A stretch of DNA of 63,370 nucleotides, filler included, from Bipalium vagum (GCA_037834085.1; 3 parts of 3 records of this genome joined end to end with filler, not necessarily neighbours in it), one strand, 5' to 3'. Shown: positions 14,075 through 31,418, counted from the whole stretch's first letter. Notes: a model not told the origin generated them from the letters alone. Program-made: numbers and translations.

Positions 14075-14400
14075 AGCTGATGGTTTTGGAATTATCCCAG
14101 TTTGGAATTGAAAAAGATAATTTTCAGATCTTTGTCAATTGTGTTAACAATTTTGAATGCTAAGAGAAGATATTCACTGAAGAAATACTGCAGAAAATTT
14201 GTCAAACAAGAAATCTTGAAAGAGAAGAACAAGAAGATCACAAAGATAATGAAGTCGTAGCACTATTAAATCGCAAAGATGCTCTAGAAGACTTTAAATC
14301 TATTTCAAACCTATTTCAATTGGGAAAAGCAAAAACAAGAATATTATAAGAAATTGAAACCCGATTTCTTTCATTAGATCAAGTAAAAGTTATACCAAGT
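14075..14400 (+). mobile_element. pogo/Tigger-like transposase acidic C-terminal relic
   Basis: FQIFVNCVNNFEC*EKIFTEEILQKI..EEQEDHKDNEV..NRKDALEDFKSISNLF resembles pogo C-termini (FV..D......TDEEI...EDE..EAL). Confidence 0.4.
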
Positions 14401-15097
14401 GTTTTTCAAAATATTCGAATGTTATTAAGTACATTATGTTGTGAAAATCTGTATATTTTGCTATTATTACTTAACTGTTGTCTAAACGAGTGTAACAAAA
14501 GAACCCAGATAAGCTCACAAGCCGTTTATGTACACATTATAATATATATTCTATAAAAATAATTATAAAAAGAAAATTAAAAATAAATATTCAAATATAC
14601 ACCTTACTTTACTTTTCAAATTAACTAATACTTTTAAATATAATCAATTTAAGCACTTTTTATTTTGTTAAAAATTGAGTTTTAGATAAATTTAGACTTG
14701 CTACAAAATATTATAACATATTGGTGATCAGCAAGAAAAAGTGATTCAGAAAGTATTATCAGGAATAAAAAAAGCATAATTTAGAGTTCGGATATAAATT
14801 GGCAATCATATTAAAATTTACTCTGAGAAAAAATAATTTTTCGAAAAAATCAATTCTCTTATTTAATCAATTTTTCACAGAAAATAAAAATTATTTTTTT
14901 TTATTCAAATTTAAAATTTTAAGTATAAATAAAATATTTTAATCATGGAATATTACTTATTATTTTCTTAATTTAATGTTAAGGAACAAAACAATTTATA
15001 TATGTTTTGACCTTAACTAATTCTTAAGTTTTGTTTTAAATAATCAATAAAATGACCTGCATCATTATATATTTTTAAATACTAAAATTTTCTTAAA

Positions 15098-17624
<2,527 letters not shown>

Positions 17625-18271
17625 TAAGCAACAATGGTCCAATGGGTTTTGTTTAAATTTTATATAAAATTAAAAAAATAATTGCACTTTAGAACTGATA
17701 GACATTGGTCATTTTATTGTTTATTTTAACTTTGATAATATTAAGGTTTATGGACTTTCTTGTATCCCTCTGAGAATTAATTATCAATTATCTTTGTGTC
17801 TGTCGAAGAAGCTGACGCTGGGAACGACAGACAATTCGAATGAAATATGAAACCAATTATCAAATAATATTATAATGTTTTATATAATATTTTGGCTTAT
17901 GAACATCAAATAAAAATTCATAACCCTTATAATCTTTCGTTGTCTACATTTTAACGACAAGCCATTATTTTGACTTCACTTCAATCATGCAATCCAAAGT
18001 CTACCAATACGACCCAGTTTTTTCGTATTTAAGGGCATAATTTTCCAAATGCATTATATTTTATTATCTCGCTTTTAATTTCCTATTTAAAATCTTATCC
18101 TTTAAATCTCTTCTGTATTTTATTTCATTTATTTATCTTTATTTATATTCCTAAACGTTAAAAAATAGAAAATCAAAATTACGGATACTATTTTCGTATT
18201 AATGTCATTCATTTCTAACACTTTATGACCGGTATTTGAGATAAGTTATTCAAAAAATATTAAATAATATA

Positions 18272-19502
18272 CCAGGTTAAAGAATAGGTAATTGTGTATT
18301 TTAATATCATATTTATAGATTTGTTTAATAAATATATTTGCAATCGGCAATTATTTGAATTTATTTACGAATTTATGAAATTATTGATTTTTAAAAATTT
18401 ATTAAATTTATTTTAATAACTTAAAAATTTCTAGTTTAAAATTATAGATTTCAGAAAGGTGCATATTTGGCACTGTATGCTCTTCCAGTTTAAGAATGGT
18501 TTCAACACAACGGTTGCGACTATGAGCATTTGCTCAGTACATTCAGATGCCATTAGTGGGCGTAAGTGATTGAAATGGTTTAAAAAGTTTGCAAAAGGTT
18601 ATTTTGATTTGGAGGACGATGATATGCTGCCAGCAGACATTGAGTCAAATAATCGTCAAACCATGTATTATTTGGTCGAGGCCTATGGCTGCTTTCAGAA
18701 AGACATTTCGAATAATTTATAAAGCATTGGGAAGATCATCAAATTGAGTGCTTGGGTCCCGTAAAAATTGACAAACGAAAATAGAATTCAACGAACTACT
18801 AATTGTACTGCTCTTTTCTCTAATTACAAACTGATCAATTTCTTGATCGATTGATAACTGGAGGTAACTGGATAATAGATTCTCTAAATCAACAACAATA
18901 AAGATAAACAATTATTAAATCATAACAAAGCACTATTCCAAACTTCAAAATCTGGTGCGCATCATAAAAGATCTTCTTGTTCATCTGGTGGGATATCCAC
19001 GGTATTGATTATTGGGAACTGTTGGAAAACGGTTAGAACACACTATAAATGTTGAACTCTATTTTCAACAATAAGAGGGACTAAATAAAATATCAGGTAT
19101 ATTTAAAAAAACAGAAAGGTGTGATCCTGCAACAGGACAATGCGATATCACACACTGCTCAATTAAATCAGGAAAAGATACAGATACTTGGATGGATCTT
19201 ACCACATCTAACGTATTGTCATGACATTTGTTCATCTGATTATTACTACTTTCGAATTCTTCAAAATTATTTGAATGGACAGAAATTTCAAAATGAAAAA
19301 CACCATGAAAGAAGCTCTCTCAACTTTTTTGACTCAAAGAAACCAGATTTTTTTCGCAATGCATTGGGGCACTATCACAAAAATGGCTACAAGATGTCCA
19401 ATCCGATGGAGAATATCTCACTGATTGACATTCAAAAAGCATATTTTCTGTGTTAATATAAACATATTACCAAAATACGAGATTACTTACTCCTTGACCC
19501 AA
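18272..19502 (+). mobile_element. Near full-length decayed mariner with degenerate TIR pair and TA target sites
   Basis: TA-CCAGGTTAAAGAATAGGTAATTGTGTATTTT at the left and AAAATACGAGATTACTTACTCCTTGACCCAA-TA at the right; protein relics HIWHCMLFQF, KWFKKF, WVP, LQQDNA, SDYYYFRILQNYL. Confidence 0.85.
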
Positions 19503-20599
19503 TAATAACGTAGTAAGTTATTAATGGAATCAATAAGTTAACAAATAAAATTAGTTCGAAAAATGTTTTTAAAATAAAAAATTTTGTCAATCGATTTGTA
19601 AGCTTCCATTTTTGAGCATAACTTAATTAAAAAGAACTCTTCCGTCGACATTTGGATTAATTACTCCAGTCAGGAACTCTCTTCAACTTCACAATGGTCT
19701 GATGATTTCGAAAATAAATCGTTTGTGGCAAATAAATGTTGCTTTGACATAAAATTCCATTTTAACTTGGAAATATAAAATATTATATTATTTATTTTTT
19801 CGCCATTGTTTATTAAGTGGTTTTTATTTCTCAATTTCCGTTATTGTGATTTTTGATAAAAATCTTCAACAGTCTCATATGTCAGTGATCTGATCCACTA
19901 CAGAGTGTATTTATCATATAGTGATCATCAGAACAAACAGAGTACATAAATATTGATCAAATATATATTAAGCTTATTTTTAAATCAATCATGTGATGCC
20001 ATTAAGCAATTATATTTCACTTGACTCAATTTGAATTGTTACCGATATCTTGAGGGGTAGGGACATTTCTCCCTCCTCTTTAAACAAAGAGGAAAGCACT
20101 TGGAATATTTGTTGAGGCTTGTGCTTAAAAACGTAAAGAATTATTATTAGGCGTGTTAGCATGAATCCGGCTTTTTTTTAAATAAAAAAGACATTTTTAA
20201 AAAGTTTTATTTAATAATGTTCACTATTTAGTGCATCAAACTTTAACTCTGACTCCTACTCTTAGGTGGTTCAAAAATAACAACAATCAGTAAGGCAATA
20301 ATTTGTATTTATACCATAAAACTCACACGGAATCTCTATGATAACAACAACACAAAAATCGCCAAACTCAATACAAAGTTCTGCTGACCATACAGCATCG
20401 TGCTAATTAATGTGAACGCACAGTAATTTTTAAACTATTAAATTTTTTCACAGTTAAGTCAAAATAGCTGCCATTTTGTTCCACTGTTCTGTTATTTAAT
20501 GAGTAACAACGTATTGCTGGTTATAGATTTATTGTTTTCGGCAAATTTTTGAGGTGTTTTATCAAGGGTGTATCTTGACAGTTCTAACTTTTGTTTTTT

Positions 20600-21190
20600 T
20601 ATTCTGGAAGATAGATGTTCATCCAGAGAGGCCCACAAAGATTAGTACTTTAGGTGAGCTTACATAAATGACTCTAAGAGCTTTTGATAAAGAATGTAGT
20701 ATGAGTTTAGGAGCTGTAAACACGATTTTAAAGACTAAAAGGGACAGTGGAACGATTGAGGTGAACAGAAAAGGAAAATAATCAGAAGAAATGAAGCTTT
20801 GTTCATCAGGAAAATTAAATTAAGTTCCAGGAAGCAACTCAAGAATTTCAGCAGGACTTAGTCTATACTGGAGTTAACAACTGCACCTTGTGAAAAATTT
20901 TTCGAAGGTGGAGGAAAAAACTATTATTGACTGCTACCATGATGAGAAAAAGATGTATTTGGGCCAAAAAGATGTGGAGATTGGACTGTAAAGATTGAAG
21001 AAACGTGTTGTTCTCTGATGAAAGCCATTTTTGGTAAGAGGAGAGTGATCTGGTTTTGTTAGGAAAAGTGAAAACGAAAAGCTTGCGGTAGCTCATATTG
21101 ATCGTAAAGCAATGTACCCGTTGAAGAAGATGTTTTGAAGCTGCTTTTCTTATAAAGGTACCGGGTTGTTTGTGTTGATAGGAGGCATTC
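20600..21190 (+). mobile_element. Tc1-like transposase relic
   Basis: SLGAVNTILKTKRDSGTIEVNRKG..LLTATMMRKRCIWAKK..NVLFSDESHF..HIDRKAMYPLKKMF*SCFSYKGTG. Confidence 0.8.
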
Positions 21191-21926
21191 TTTGTATTGG
21201 TAACTCCTAATTCAAATGTTTGCCTGTTTAAACAAATTCACCAATTTAAATTGTTTAAATGTACCAGCTAAATTTTAGATTTTTGTCTAAAATCGAGGTG
21301 AATTCTAAAATTCCTTAATTTATTTCCAAACCTTTTTTCTCTAAAGTTTGATAAAATTGGAAAACTTTTATAAAGACCGTTCATTTTATTCAAATACACT
21401 TTTAAATTAACCGCATTGAAATATTATATTTTGTTTTTTTTATGTTTATAATTTGAAAAATGTATTATTATTTTAAGAATAATCACCAGGAAAATAATTG
21501 ATTTGAAGCAGGATATTAATTCCTCGAGTCATTCATTTCCATCAGAGAATATCTTAAAAATTGTTTTAATAATTATACTATAAAATATTTTATATTCTAC
21601 AAATTATTTCTAGATTAAAAGAAATGAATGTTCTTTAGATTTCCAGAAATATATACACATAAAAATCAATAATAATATGATTAATTATTGATATTTTTGT
21701 TTTAATTTGATGAATATATTATAAAACAGAAAATTACTATTTTTGTTTTAATTCGATGCACATATTTTTTATCATAACTTAAACTGGAATTATTTCTGGA
21801 AATTAATAAATAATGTAATGTACTTTAAAATAAAAATAATAAAATTATTAATTTATTTTATAAAAATATATTATTATCAATAAAATAAAATTCGTATGTA
21901 TAACAACGTTTAAGTATAACAATATA

Positions 21927-22096
21927 TTAGGTTGTCCCATATGAAATGTCCGATTACGTAATATACAATAAAAGCAATAAAAGTCCAATAAATTTGGACT
22001 TTTATTGCTTTGCAATAAATTTGCAATTTTTGGTGATTACGCAATAAATGCGGAACCCATTGGTCCATCTTTTTCTTCTTGCCAATGTCTTTCAAA
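21927..22096 (-). mobile_element. Internally deleted mariner fragment cut by the spacer
   Basis: TIR TA-TTAGGTTGTCCCATATGAAATGTCCGATT; IGKKKKMDQWVPHLL. Confidence 0.75.
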
Positions 22097-22196
22097 NNNN
22101 NNNNNNNNNNNNNNNNNNNNNNNNNNNNNNNNNNNNNNNNTTAATTAATTAANNNNNNNNNNNNNNNNNNNNNNNNNNNNNNNNNNNNNNNNNNNN
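22097..22196. other. Artificial contig spacer 44N-TTAATTAATTAA-44N
   Basis: Exactly 100 nt; the 12-mer puts stop codons in all six frames; identical structure at 41301-41400. Confidence 0.95.
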
Positions 22197-22419
22197 ATCA
22201 TTATTCAAATGCCTACAAAATTATAGATATTAATTATTTATTAAATTTTTTTGTTGAAATACCTTTTTTAAAAATTATGCTTCAATATGAAAACGAATTT
22301 ATATTAATAAAACAAATTTTGCTTTATTAATTCATACTTCAAAAATTAAGTTTCATAAACCGCCATTAATTTCTTTACAACCTAATATAAGAAACCGAGA
22401 TTAAATGCGCATGAGTAAG

Positions 22420-23060
22420 GTTCGGAACGTAAAGTTCAAAAGCAATGGGATACCTTTAGTAAACCGCTATTGGTGTCGCTTTGTTTCTACAGATGAAAAA
22501 TATATCTATGTCATTAATTAAGGGAAAATTAATTATTAAAAGTTACATGATCAACCTCCTGCAACATAAGAATCGATTTCGAAAGAAAGTAATGATCATT
22601 GTTTGATGGAATTATGAAGGTGTAATTCATTTTGAGTTTGTATTACTAGTTGTGCTGTGAATGTTGAGTTTTACTATGAACAGTTTGACAGAGTCAATAA
22701 AATTTTCAAAAGAAAATATCCAAGCTTAATGAAAAGAAAGCGACTGGTTTATCAGCATGACAATGAGCCAGTTCACCGATAATGTTTGACGCAAGATATA
22801 TTTACTACACGCGATGGGATTGAACTTTTGTCTTATATTCCAGGCCTGACACCTCCAGATTTTACAATTTTCAGATCGATGGAACAATTTTTAAGAGGAC
22901 AGCGGTTTCTTGAAGAAGTAGGAAAAATTTGCAGGACGTTCTTTGTTCCAAAGTCTAAAGAATGGTCTAAAGAAAAAAACCTTGCCGAAATGTTACAAAA
23001 TGTTGTACAAAATAACAGTTCTCATTTCCAAAAATGCTAAATTATATTTTGATGGGTTTT
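22420..23060 (+). mobile_element. mariner catalytic-domain relic
   Basis: TDEKYIY, KVMIIV*WNYEGVIHFE, YQHDNEPVH, PPDFTIFRSMEQFLRGQRF. A separate mariner TIR (..TACAACCTAA-TA) lies just upstream at about 22357-22387. Confidence 0.8.
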
Positions 23061-24338
23061 TTTTCTCGCAATTGCATTAAAGTTTGTGTGAATTTTGAAT
23101 TCATGGAACCCACTGGTACACGATACGTGAAATTAATATTTAAATGAAGGAATTAAGTTTAAAAAGACATAATAATAAGAATTAATAATATAATTATAAT
23201 AATAATTAACGATATGCTTAGAAATGCAAATAATATCAAAAAAGGAAACATTTACCACCAAAACATCTTGGAAAGGATAGGAAGAAAATTTAAGAAAAAA
23301 AATCCTATCAGAACTTATTGCCTTAGATCAAAAAATAGGGACCATTGTAACGACAAGAGCCTCAATCAAAATAGTCAGGAGACTGCAGTGAGGTCATAGG
23401 CCGAAGTGCAGAAATTACTTTCAGATCTCAAAGTTCTCATGCTTGAGAAAGGCCATACAATTGTCTTCGCCTAATTACTGAACGCTGAACGAGAGCTGAA
23501 CACTGTTGCAAACCAGTCTATTTTGGAACAATTTTTCTTTCAATAAATAACTTTGAAACCACTTTATTTTGATTATTTTTTTATGTAACCATAGATGGAT
23601 TGTGCCTAATGAATAAATTAAAGAATCAGTATTTTTCAGTATGTGTTACCATAGTATCTAATATCATAATATTAGTATTTAAATAATAATTATGTAATCA
23701 TAATTCATTTAGGCGGACACTTCCCAATAACGGACAATCGAGCCCAGTGTCAAGGGTGACAGTAAAACGAGGTCTAGTTTTGAGCCCTTTTCTTTTTTTA
23801 TCAAGTCAAATGGCGACTTCGTTTCCGTGGCACCAAAAGAACACAAAAAGTATTAAATAGTTAAAGAACTGTAACATGACCTCAATTTTATTGAATACAG
23901 ATTTAAAATCATTTAATTAATAATATTGATTTTAACAAAAAACGAAGGTGAAATATTCCGTTCTTTTATTTTCGAAATCTGCATACAACCATACTATAGT
24001 TACAGAGAACATTTCCCCAGCAGATATACCATTTCATTATATACTTTGTCCAATTAATATTTAATATTTGTTTTAATGTACACCTGGTTCTAAGTTAACA
24101 ACAAAAGCCAGTGAGAATATTAAATAAAGGCGCTTAAGGGATTAGGAGAAAATAAATTGCTGGGGAAAATACTTTTTTAATTTTTTCTTTATTTATTATT
24201 TATGATAAAGAAAATATTTTCCACTTAAGCAATTGCTGACTGCTGGAACCCTGAAAACGACAGAAAATCATTAATCAATTTCTGGTAAATATTCCCCGAC
24301 TTGTTTTATTATAAAATATTCTTTTTATCATATATATA

Positions 24339-24590
24339 CGAGGGTGGGTTGGTGGGTAAGTTACCTAAGTAGGAAAAACACAATTTATTTGAAAAAATAT
24401 TTTTATTTCTCAACATAATCTCCCTTTAAACTGATGCACTTTTTTCAACGGCTTCATGATGACATTTTTAAGGTGGGTTTATCAAAGCCTCAATTTATTC
24501 ATTTGTTTGAGCTATAACGTCCTCGTTTGACGCAAATCTCTTTCCTCTGAGTCATTTTTTCAAATCTGCAAATTTGAATTTCCCGGTTAT
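24339..24590 (-). mobile_element. mariner 3' end, irritans/Himar1-like
   Basis: TA-CGAGGGTG terminus; FADLKK*LRGKRFASNEDVIAQTNE parallels Himar1 FSDLKRMLAGKKF..NEEVIAETEA. Confidence 0.7.
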
Positions 24591-25644
24591 TTTTTTTATA
24601 AATACAAACAAATTATTTTCAAAATCATTTTTTAGACATTTGATTAAAACAAAAAAATTTTTGGAGAGATTTCATTTTATTTTGATGAAGAATGAAATTT
24701 ACGTTTTCCTAATGGCATCTCAACAATGTAAAATTGAGACTGCTTTGTAAAAATAATTGGGACAAAAAATTTTTGTTTTAGATTTTTTTTTATTTTAATA
24801 TTTTATTGGTTTTTTTCCAGAAAAAATTTTGATATATTTTTTATTTAAAAACATCAAAAATTAATTTTTAAAAATAATTAATCTTTATTAAATTAAAACA
24901 ACATTAAAAATCAATTTAATATTTTTAGGAGAAAAATTAATTTTAAATTTAATGGAAAATTTAATTAAAATTATTTTTTTTTGGAAAAAATCAATTTAAT
25001 TTTGCTGTTAATTAATTTGAAAATCTTCAGCGAAATTCTCGCTGGAAACCCATTTGGCATTTCCGAACTTTTTATCAGATTACATTACCCATTGTAAATG
25101 GGATTTTATTAAAATTATTCTGTTCCGAAGGAAGAAATACTGCTAGGCTGAGCACCAGTGTTGGCTCCGGCCCTCCTTCCCTTCCAATTAAAGTCAAATT
25201 TTCAACCTATAATATCCGTTTCACGGCTCAATTTATGATCACTTATTTCAATTTTATCTCAGGCATTCCCATTTCGCTACGAAGCTCAATAAAATCTATT
25301 GAAAAATTTTAATCAAATAATTAATCGAAAACATTTTTTTCTCAATATTCACAAAATATTCAGAGAAGAATTGGGACTGCTTTTGTCAAATATAATTTTA
25401 TTGATTTAAAAAATAAATACGTTTCCCGTCAATATTTAATATTTAATATAATATTTAATTGTTTAAATAATGCAAATATTCATTATTTTCAGTTATTTTT
25501 TTTAATTTATAAAAATTTTAATTAAAATAATAATAATAATAATAAAATTTTATTATTCATTGATATTTTATTAATTATTAATTTAATTTATTAATTTATT
25601 AATTAATCTCCTTTTAATTAATGACATATTTCCTTTTGTTTTCT

Positions 25645-26160
25645 AGGGAATTGCAGTGTTACCATCTCTTAGAGATTTTTCATATAACTAAATCGCTGTA
25701 TTGAGCCTTTCTCTAACCGAAGCGCAGATGTATGTGATTAAATTGGCTGCAACCCTCATTTAATACGATGAATATTGCTGATAAATGCACTCCCTCAGCA
25801 GCACTGATCATTGATCCCCCAGAATCATAAAGGAATTCGATTTCTGTTGCGTTATCCCCGACAGATGATATCTTTTACAGATCTGTACGAAATGACATCA
25901 CATCCTCTCTTTCGACAGACACTTTGATAATATGATTTATACACTGCGGGTCACATTTTGCCCAAATCCCCAAAATCTGGTCGCAGTATATGAAAATATT
26001 TACGATTTTCCGAGAAATCCCATTGAACCCCGAGACAGGTTTTGATTTAGAACCCTGATTGATGTATGATGTGCATAAACAACGATCAGATGCTGATGGA
26101 AATAGTAGAAGCCATCACCACAACCCAATGGGATATATAGATCAAACTATTTATATGCTA
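25645..26160 (+). mobile_element. Possible Mutator-like (MULE) transposase relic
   Basis: GC-richer island with frame-shifted pieces IGCNPHL (GC.FH), VALSPTDDIF (ALAF.P.DD) and PKIWSQY/ENIYDFPR (W..Y....PRTNN). Confidence 0.35.
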
Positions 26161-26257
26161 CAATCAAAACCACCCCCAAATATATTTCCAAAAATATCTT
26201 GCTTTTGGGCGTTATTATTTATTTTTGGAAAAAATATTTATTTTTTATAATAATATT

Positions 26258-27037
26258 CGAGCGTTGTTCGAAAAGTAATAAGAGCACACCTCGCATCGCT
26301 TATGTTTTCATAAATCAATAGTGCATAATTATTATTCTGATTACGCATGATTTAGTTATAGTTTTGAGATATTATGGAAGGACTATCCAACAAAATGTCA
26401 TTAAAAATCCTTCATCTATCATCCGCGATATTGAAGAAATAACTGGAATTGGAATTACAATCATCCATGAATTATTGCACAATCAGTTACGACTAAGAAA
26501 GGATTGTTTTGATGGGTACCGCGTTTGTTCACTGAGTCACAAAAGGATAAAGAAATGAAAACCTGTCGATCATTGCTCAGTGGTTTCCGACGAATGAGCA
26601 AAACTTCATTTCGCATCGTTAAGGGTGATAAATTTTTATACAGTATTTTGAATCCAAAAGAAACTAGCGTATGGTCTGGATTACTGAAGGGAACCATCCC
26701 CGTCAATTGACAAACATTGGTTAATGGAATGTATTCAATTTTTTAAAACTATGATGGTACCCTGGCACAAATTCACGGAAACAGTTACTGACAATTATTC
26801 TTGCAATACTGTTCTGCCAAATGTGAAAGATATTTATACTGACAAGTACCCAAGCAATCAGCTTTGCTTTCATCATAATAACGTGCTGACTCATAAATCA
26901 CGCGTTTTTCTATATTTCTAGAACACCAGAAATAATTTGGATCCCGCACCTCCACCTTTTGGTCTTAAACTAGTTCCATGTGATTTTTATTAAATTTTGG
27001 CAAGTGTATTCCCATTACTTTTCCTACAACCCTCTCG
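26258..27037 (+). mobile_element. Internally deleted mariner with TIR pair
   Basis: CGAGCGTTGTTCGAAAAGTAAT at the left, ATTACTTTTCCTACAACCCTCTCG at the right; IRDIEEITGIG..LHNQLRLRK..WVPR, IVKGDK, FHHNNVLTH. Confidence 0.8.
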
Positions 27038-27531
27038 TGTATGTCAATTTTAAACCCGTAAGATTTCAGAAATCCAACATAAATAATGAAAATAATAATT
27101 ATTACACAAATATTAAAAAAAATTGTAACTATAAAAAAGAAAAAATTAATATATGACCGGAAAAAAAATTGTTTTAATTACGTCTTCATTTTAATAAACA
27201 GAACTTGGAATATGTTTTGATGAAGAATTGAAACAATGAAATTCTATTTACATTGTGATAGACATAAATGACTGCTTTCACAATTATAAAACAAGTCCTA
27301 TTACCATCTCTTCTTATTTCCGGCGATTATAACATGAATTTCCTTTATTCTATACTTTCTTAGATAATAATAATAATAATATAAATAATAATATAAATAA
27401 ATAAATAAATAAATAGATAATAATAAATAAATGAATAATAAAATTAAAATAATACTAATAGTAATGATAATAATAATATTAATATTAATAATAAAATTAA
27501 AAATAATAGTAATAATTAACAAATAAATATT

Positions 27532-27692
27532 NNNNNNNNNNNNNNNNNNNNNNNNNNNNNNNNNNNNNNNNNNNNNNNNNNNNNNNNNNNNNNNNNNNNN
27601 NNNNNNNNNNNNNNNNNNNNNNNNNNNNNNNNNNNNNNNNNNNNNNNNNNNNNNNNNNNNNNNNNNNNNNNNNNNNNNNNNNNNNNNNNNNN
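27532..27692. other. Assembly gap (161 N) inside AAT-rich low-complexity DNA
   Basis: N run flanked by (AAT)n-type tracts on both sides. Confidence 0.95.
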
Positions 27693-27741
27693 ATATTTTT
27701 ATTAATAAAATAAAAATAATTAAATTTAAAAAAAAATTATT

Positions 27742-27743
<2 letters not shown>

Positions 27744-27805
<62 letters not shown>

Positions 27806-27853
27806 TTAAAATATATTAATTATTAATATTAAAATATATTAATTATTAATATT
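27744..27853. repeat. (AAT)n microsatellite plus short AT-rich tandem duplication
   Basis: Directly visible next to the gap. Confidence 0.9.
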
Positions 27854-28441
27854 GTAGATTGTGGTTATCACTAACATCAGTGATATTTATTATTATTAAT
27901 AGCATTTCTGGAATAGCTTTCATTAGCAATCATTGATTAAAGAGTTAAAGTACTTTTATTATACGTATATAAAATAATAAATAAATAAATGTCAAGGAAA
28001 TCAATCGCCAAACCCTCTCAATTTTTCGAAAGTAATAATTTATTCACTGAAGAATTTAATGATATAAATAATTTTAATGGTCAAATTTTATTTATTTATA
28101 ATATAAATATATTTTTCTCGGTCGCATATCGCGTGGGGTACACCATTGTTCAGTGACATCATTCCTGCTGTAATGAAGACGTAAATGTGTACCGTACCAA
28201 AATGCAACATTATTTTTATGAGTTCTTTCATTGAAGCAGAAAATAATAATAGAGATAACAATGTCTGTGCAGCAGTGGTCCTTATCTCTCTTTCAGCTTG
28301 TATCGATGTTAGTATTTCTAAAATTATTAATATATTTCCAGCAAAAATCGTTAATAAAAAATATCAATAAACAGCGAACCCGGTGTATTTTTAAAATATT
28401 TAAAAATATTCATTATTTATATTTTAAATAAATTAAACTCA

Positions 28442-28534
<93 letters not shown>

Positions 28535-28599
28535 TTATAATCTCTGTTATTATTATTATTTTTTTTTTAATTATTATTATTTATTATTTTTAATGTTAT

Positions 28600-28900
28600 G
28601 GTAAAGCCGTATGAACTTTACTGAAGATTTATCTAATACTTTTGTTTCATCGGCCAAATGAGAGCCAGGTAATTCTGACAAAAAGGTAAATTCATCATTA
28701 TCATGATGTTCTTTTATAAATTTCAAAAGTTTTGGCAGACATTTTATGGTGCCTTTTCTTTGTCAGAAGAATGAAAACTGGTATTTCCAGGCAGAAAGCA
28801 GTTGGAAAAGTAAAATAGTTTTCGTTGCCCGATCAATCGTTATCTTAAGGTTTAATTTTTTAAACTGAAACATGTTCCTGCACATAAACACTTTCTAAAT
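28600..28900 (-). mobile_element. Tc1/mariner-superfamily (DD37E-like) transposase relic
   Basis: IKCLPKLLKFIKEHHDNDEFTFLSELPGSHLADETK resembles ECL.KLL.FI..HH....FWPDLA.SHYA. Confidence 0.55.
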
Positions 28901-29643
28901 CAATATTGTTTTAATAGTGATGCATAATTAATTTATGTTAATAAATTCTGCCAACAGAAAAATTAACATTCGAACTTGACATAATCATTCCCCAAAGCCG
29001 AACAACATTTGCCAATTATTTTTGTTGATATTTAAAATTTGATAAATTATCAAAAAAAAATTTCACTTGGTTTTTTTCCAATTTTAAAAAGTAAATGATC
29101 AAAAGGTACGGAGGCTTTTTCGAGCATAACGAAGTAATGTTACCAGGACAGGGGTATTAATTTAAAATACAAAAATGTGATAATAAATAATAATTAAAGA
29201 CTAATTCAAAATTGGAATAGAATAATGAAAGAGATCAAATTTTTTCAGCAGATATTTTCGTTGAGATATAATCAAAAATAGGACAAGTTCAAATGGACTT
29301 AAAGAAAAAATGAAAGAGAAATGGAAAAAAATAATTAAAACAGAAAACCAGGCTCACATATTCCCCAATTCCGATGACGAGAATATTACGGCCTTCCTGA
29401 ACCGAGGTTGAAAGGGTTTTGTTGAAAATTGATTTCACTCGTCCCTTTTGAAACATATCAAAAGAAGGAAATATAAAATTCAGATTAATTTTTTTGGATT
29501 ATTTTGTTTTAAAAAATTATTTTTTCAATTCAAGTTTTGATTAATTAATGTATTTTATTCAATTATAATAATTTCCATTAAATAATAATAAATAATTTAT
29601 TAATGATTAATAAATAATAGATTAATATTAATAAATAATAATT

Positions 29644-29686
<43 letters not shown>

Positions 29687-31033
29687 TAATAATATTTCTA
29701 TAAATAATAATATTTTTTATTTATAATTATTATTAAAGTTAAATAAAAACCAAATAAATCGAATAATAATGTAAATATTCTATAAATATAAAGAGAAAAA
29801 ATCAATACTTAATGAAAGAAAATCGGATAATTCAAAAATTACATGCTTTAAAAATAAATAAAAATATTTTAGAAATATTTAGAAAATAAAATTTTTAAAA
29901 ACACATAAAATTAAGAACAAATAATACATGAATATTAAAACAAGAGCAAAATTCAGAATTGCCCTCATCTGTTCGATGAAAATAACTGTGTCAGGCCATC
30001 TTTTAATCCATTTTAATTAACTTTGCCTTTTTACGAAATGGGGCTTACAAAAGAACATTTTATCAGTGGTTCTTAGCACAAATTACTTGGTTCACGAAAA
30101 CACATCAAACCTTTCATATAAATGTTGCAAATTCAAAATAATATTAAAAAGGACTGAAATTCCGAAAAATTCGCCCTAATGAAAATAATTAATTTAAAAA
30201 TTCAACATAAAAGCGACTGTAGCCTTAAGCGATCTTTTATTTTTCACGCAATTAAAACAACTAAATTCAATTAAGGATGAAATGAGAAATTAAAACAAAC
30301 TCAAAGTTTTCAAAGCAATTTGACTTAATTCCGAATCAGTGAAAGAAGAAGATTATTATTTAAACAACATACTTTTATAAAATATATATATAAATAAATA
30401 AAAGAAATAATTATATTGAACCGCAGTGTGGAAAAATAATTAATATTTGTGAGATTTTTCATCATGTCTTGTTTTGGGAGTTTTAATTAGAATCCCCTCT
30501 ATTTTCTGCGCGATCTGATTACTTTTAATACGAAATAAAATGAAAAACAATTCACAAAATTACAAAAATTGACTTCATTTAACGACCTGCCAAAGAGAAA
30601 TATCATTAAATATAATTGATTATTTTGATAGAAAACTTATCAATAGGAAATATATTTTTATAATTAACTGATCGGATCCAAATTCTTCGATTTTATTCAT
30701 CATTTTAATAAAAACAGATTTTCCTAATATATATTATTATAAATATTAAAAATTATCTTAAGAGGAAATGAATATTATTGTTTAAATGAACTAATTCCTG
30801 AAATCACTTTTTATATTTTAAAAAAGACAAAAATTGATTGGTAAATTTTTCAAATTCACAGAAATGTAAAATAAAAAATTATGATGATGAGAAATTTCCC
30901 CACAACATCAAAGGAAAAAATATTAATAATAAATGAACAAGAAAATCAATAAATAGAAACATTAAAAGTTAATAAATAATGTTTTTCGTTAAATAAATAA
31001 TTTTAAATAAATAATTCTATTCAATTTTCAATA

Positions 31034-31416
31034 TTAGGCTGTCCCAAAAGTTCTGCAACGGTTAAATACACTATATTTCTCTGTGAAATAGGATTATAAC
31101 AAGTCTCAAGATTTATTTCCCAATTGACTATCAATAAATCGATAATTTATATTTCTTTGTTAACCAGGATCATAACCAATCTCGATTGGCTGTCATTTAA
31201 TTTGTACTTCGGGCTTTAATCAATTATTGTTGGAAGCATGGACATTCCACAAGAGACGCTGCATAGGAAATTTATGATGCAGAAAGCGAAGAAATTTTCA
31301 GTAACAGTCGTTTCATGATGGTACAAGATAATGATGGATTGTATTATTGATTTTAAATAAATTTTTTATAAAAAAAAAATTTCCTTAACTATTGCAGAAC
31401 TTTTGGGACAACATAA
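31034..31416. mobile_element. Short non-autonomous mariner derivative (383 bp) with well-preserved TIRs
   Basis: TA-TTAGGCTGTCCCAAAAGTTCTGCAACGGTTAA at the left, TTAACTATTGCAGAACTTTTGGGACAACATAA-TA at the right. Confidence 0.8.
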
Positions 31417-31418
31417 TA

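Noticed and set aside
19690-19730. CTGATGA-tttc-GAAA, a hammerhead-like core
   Set aside because: Stems I and III cannot be formed around a UH site.
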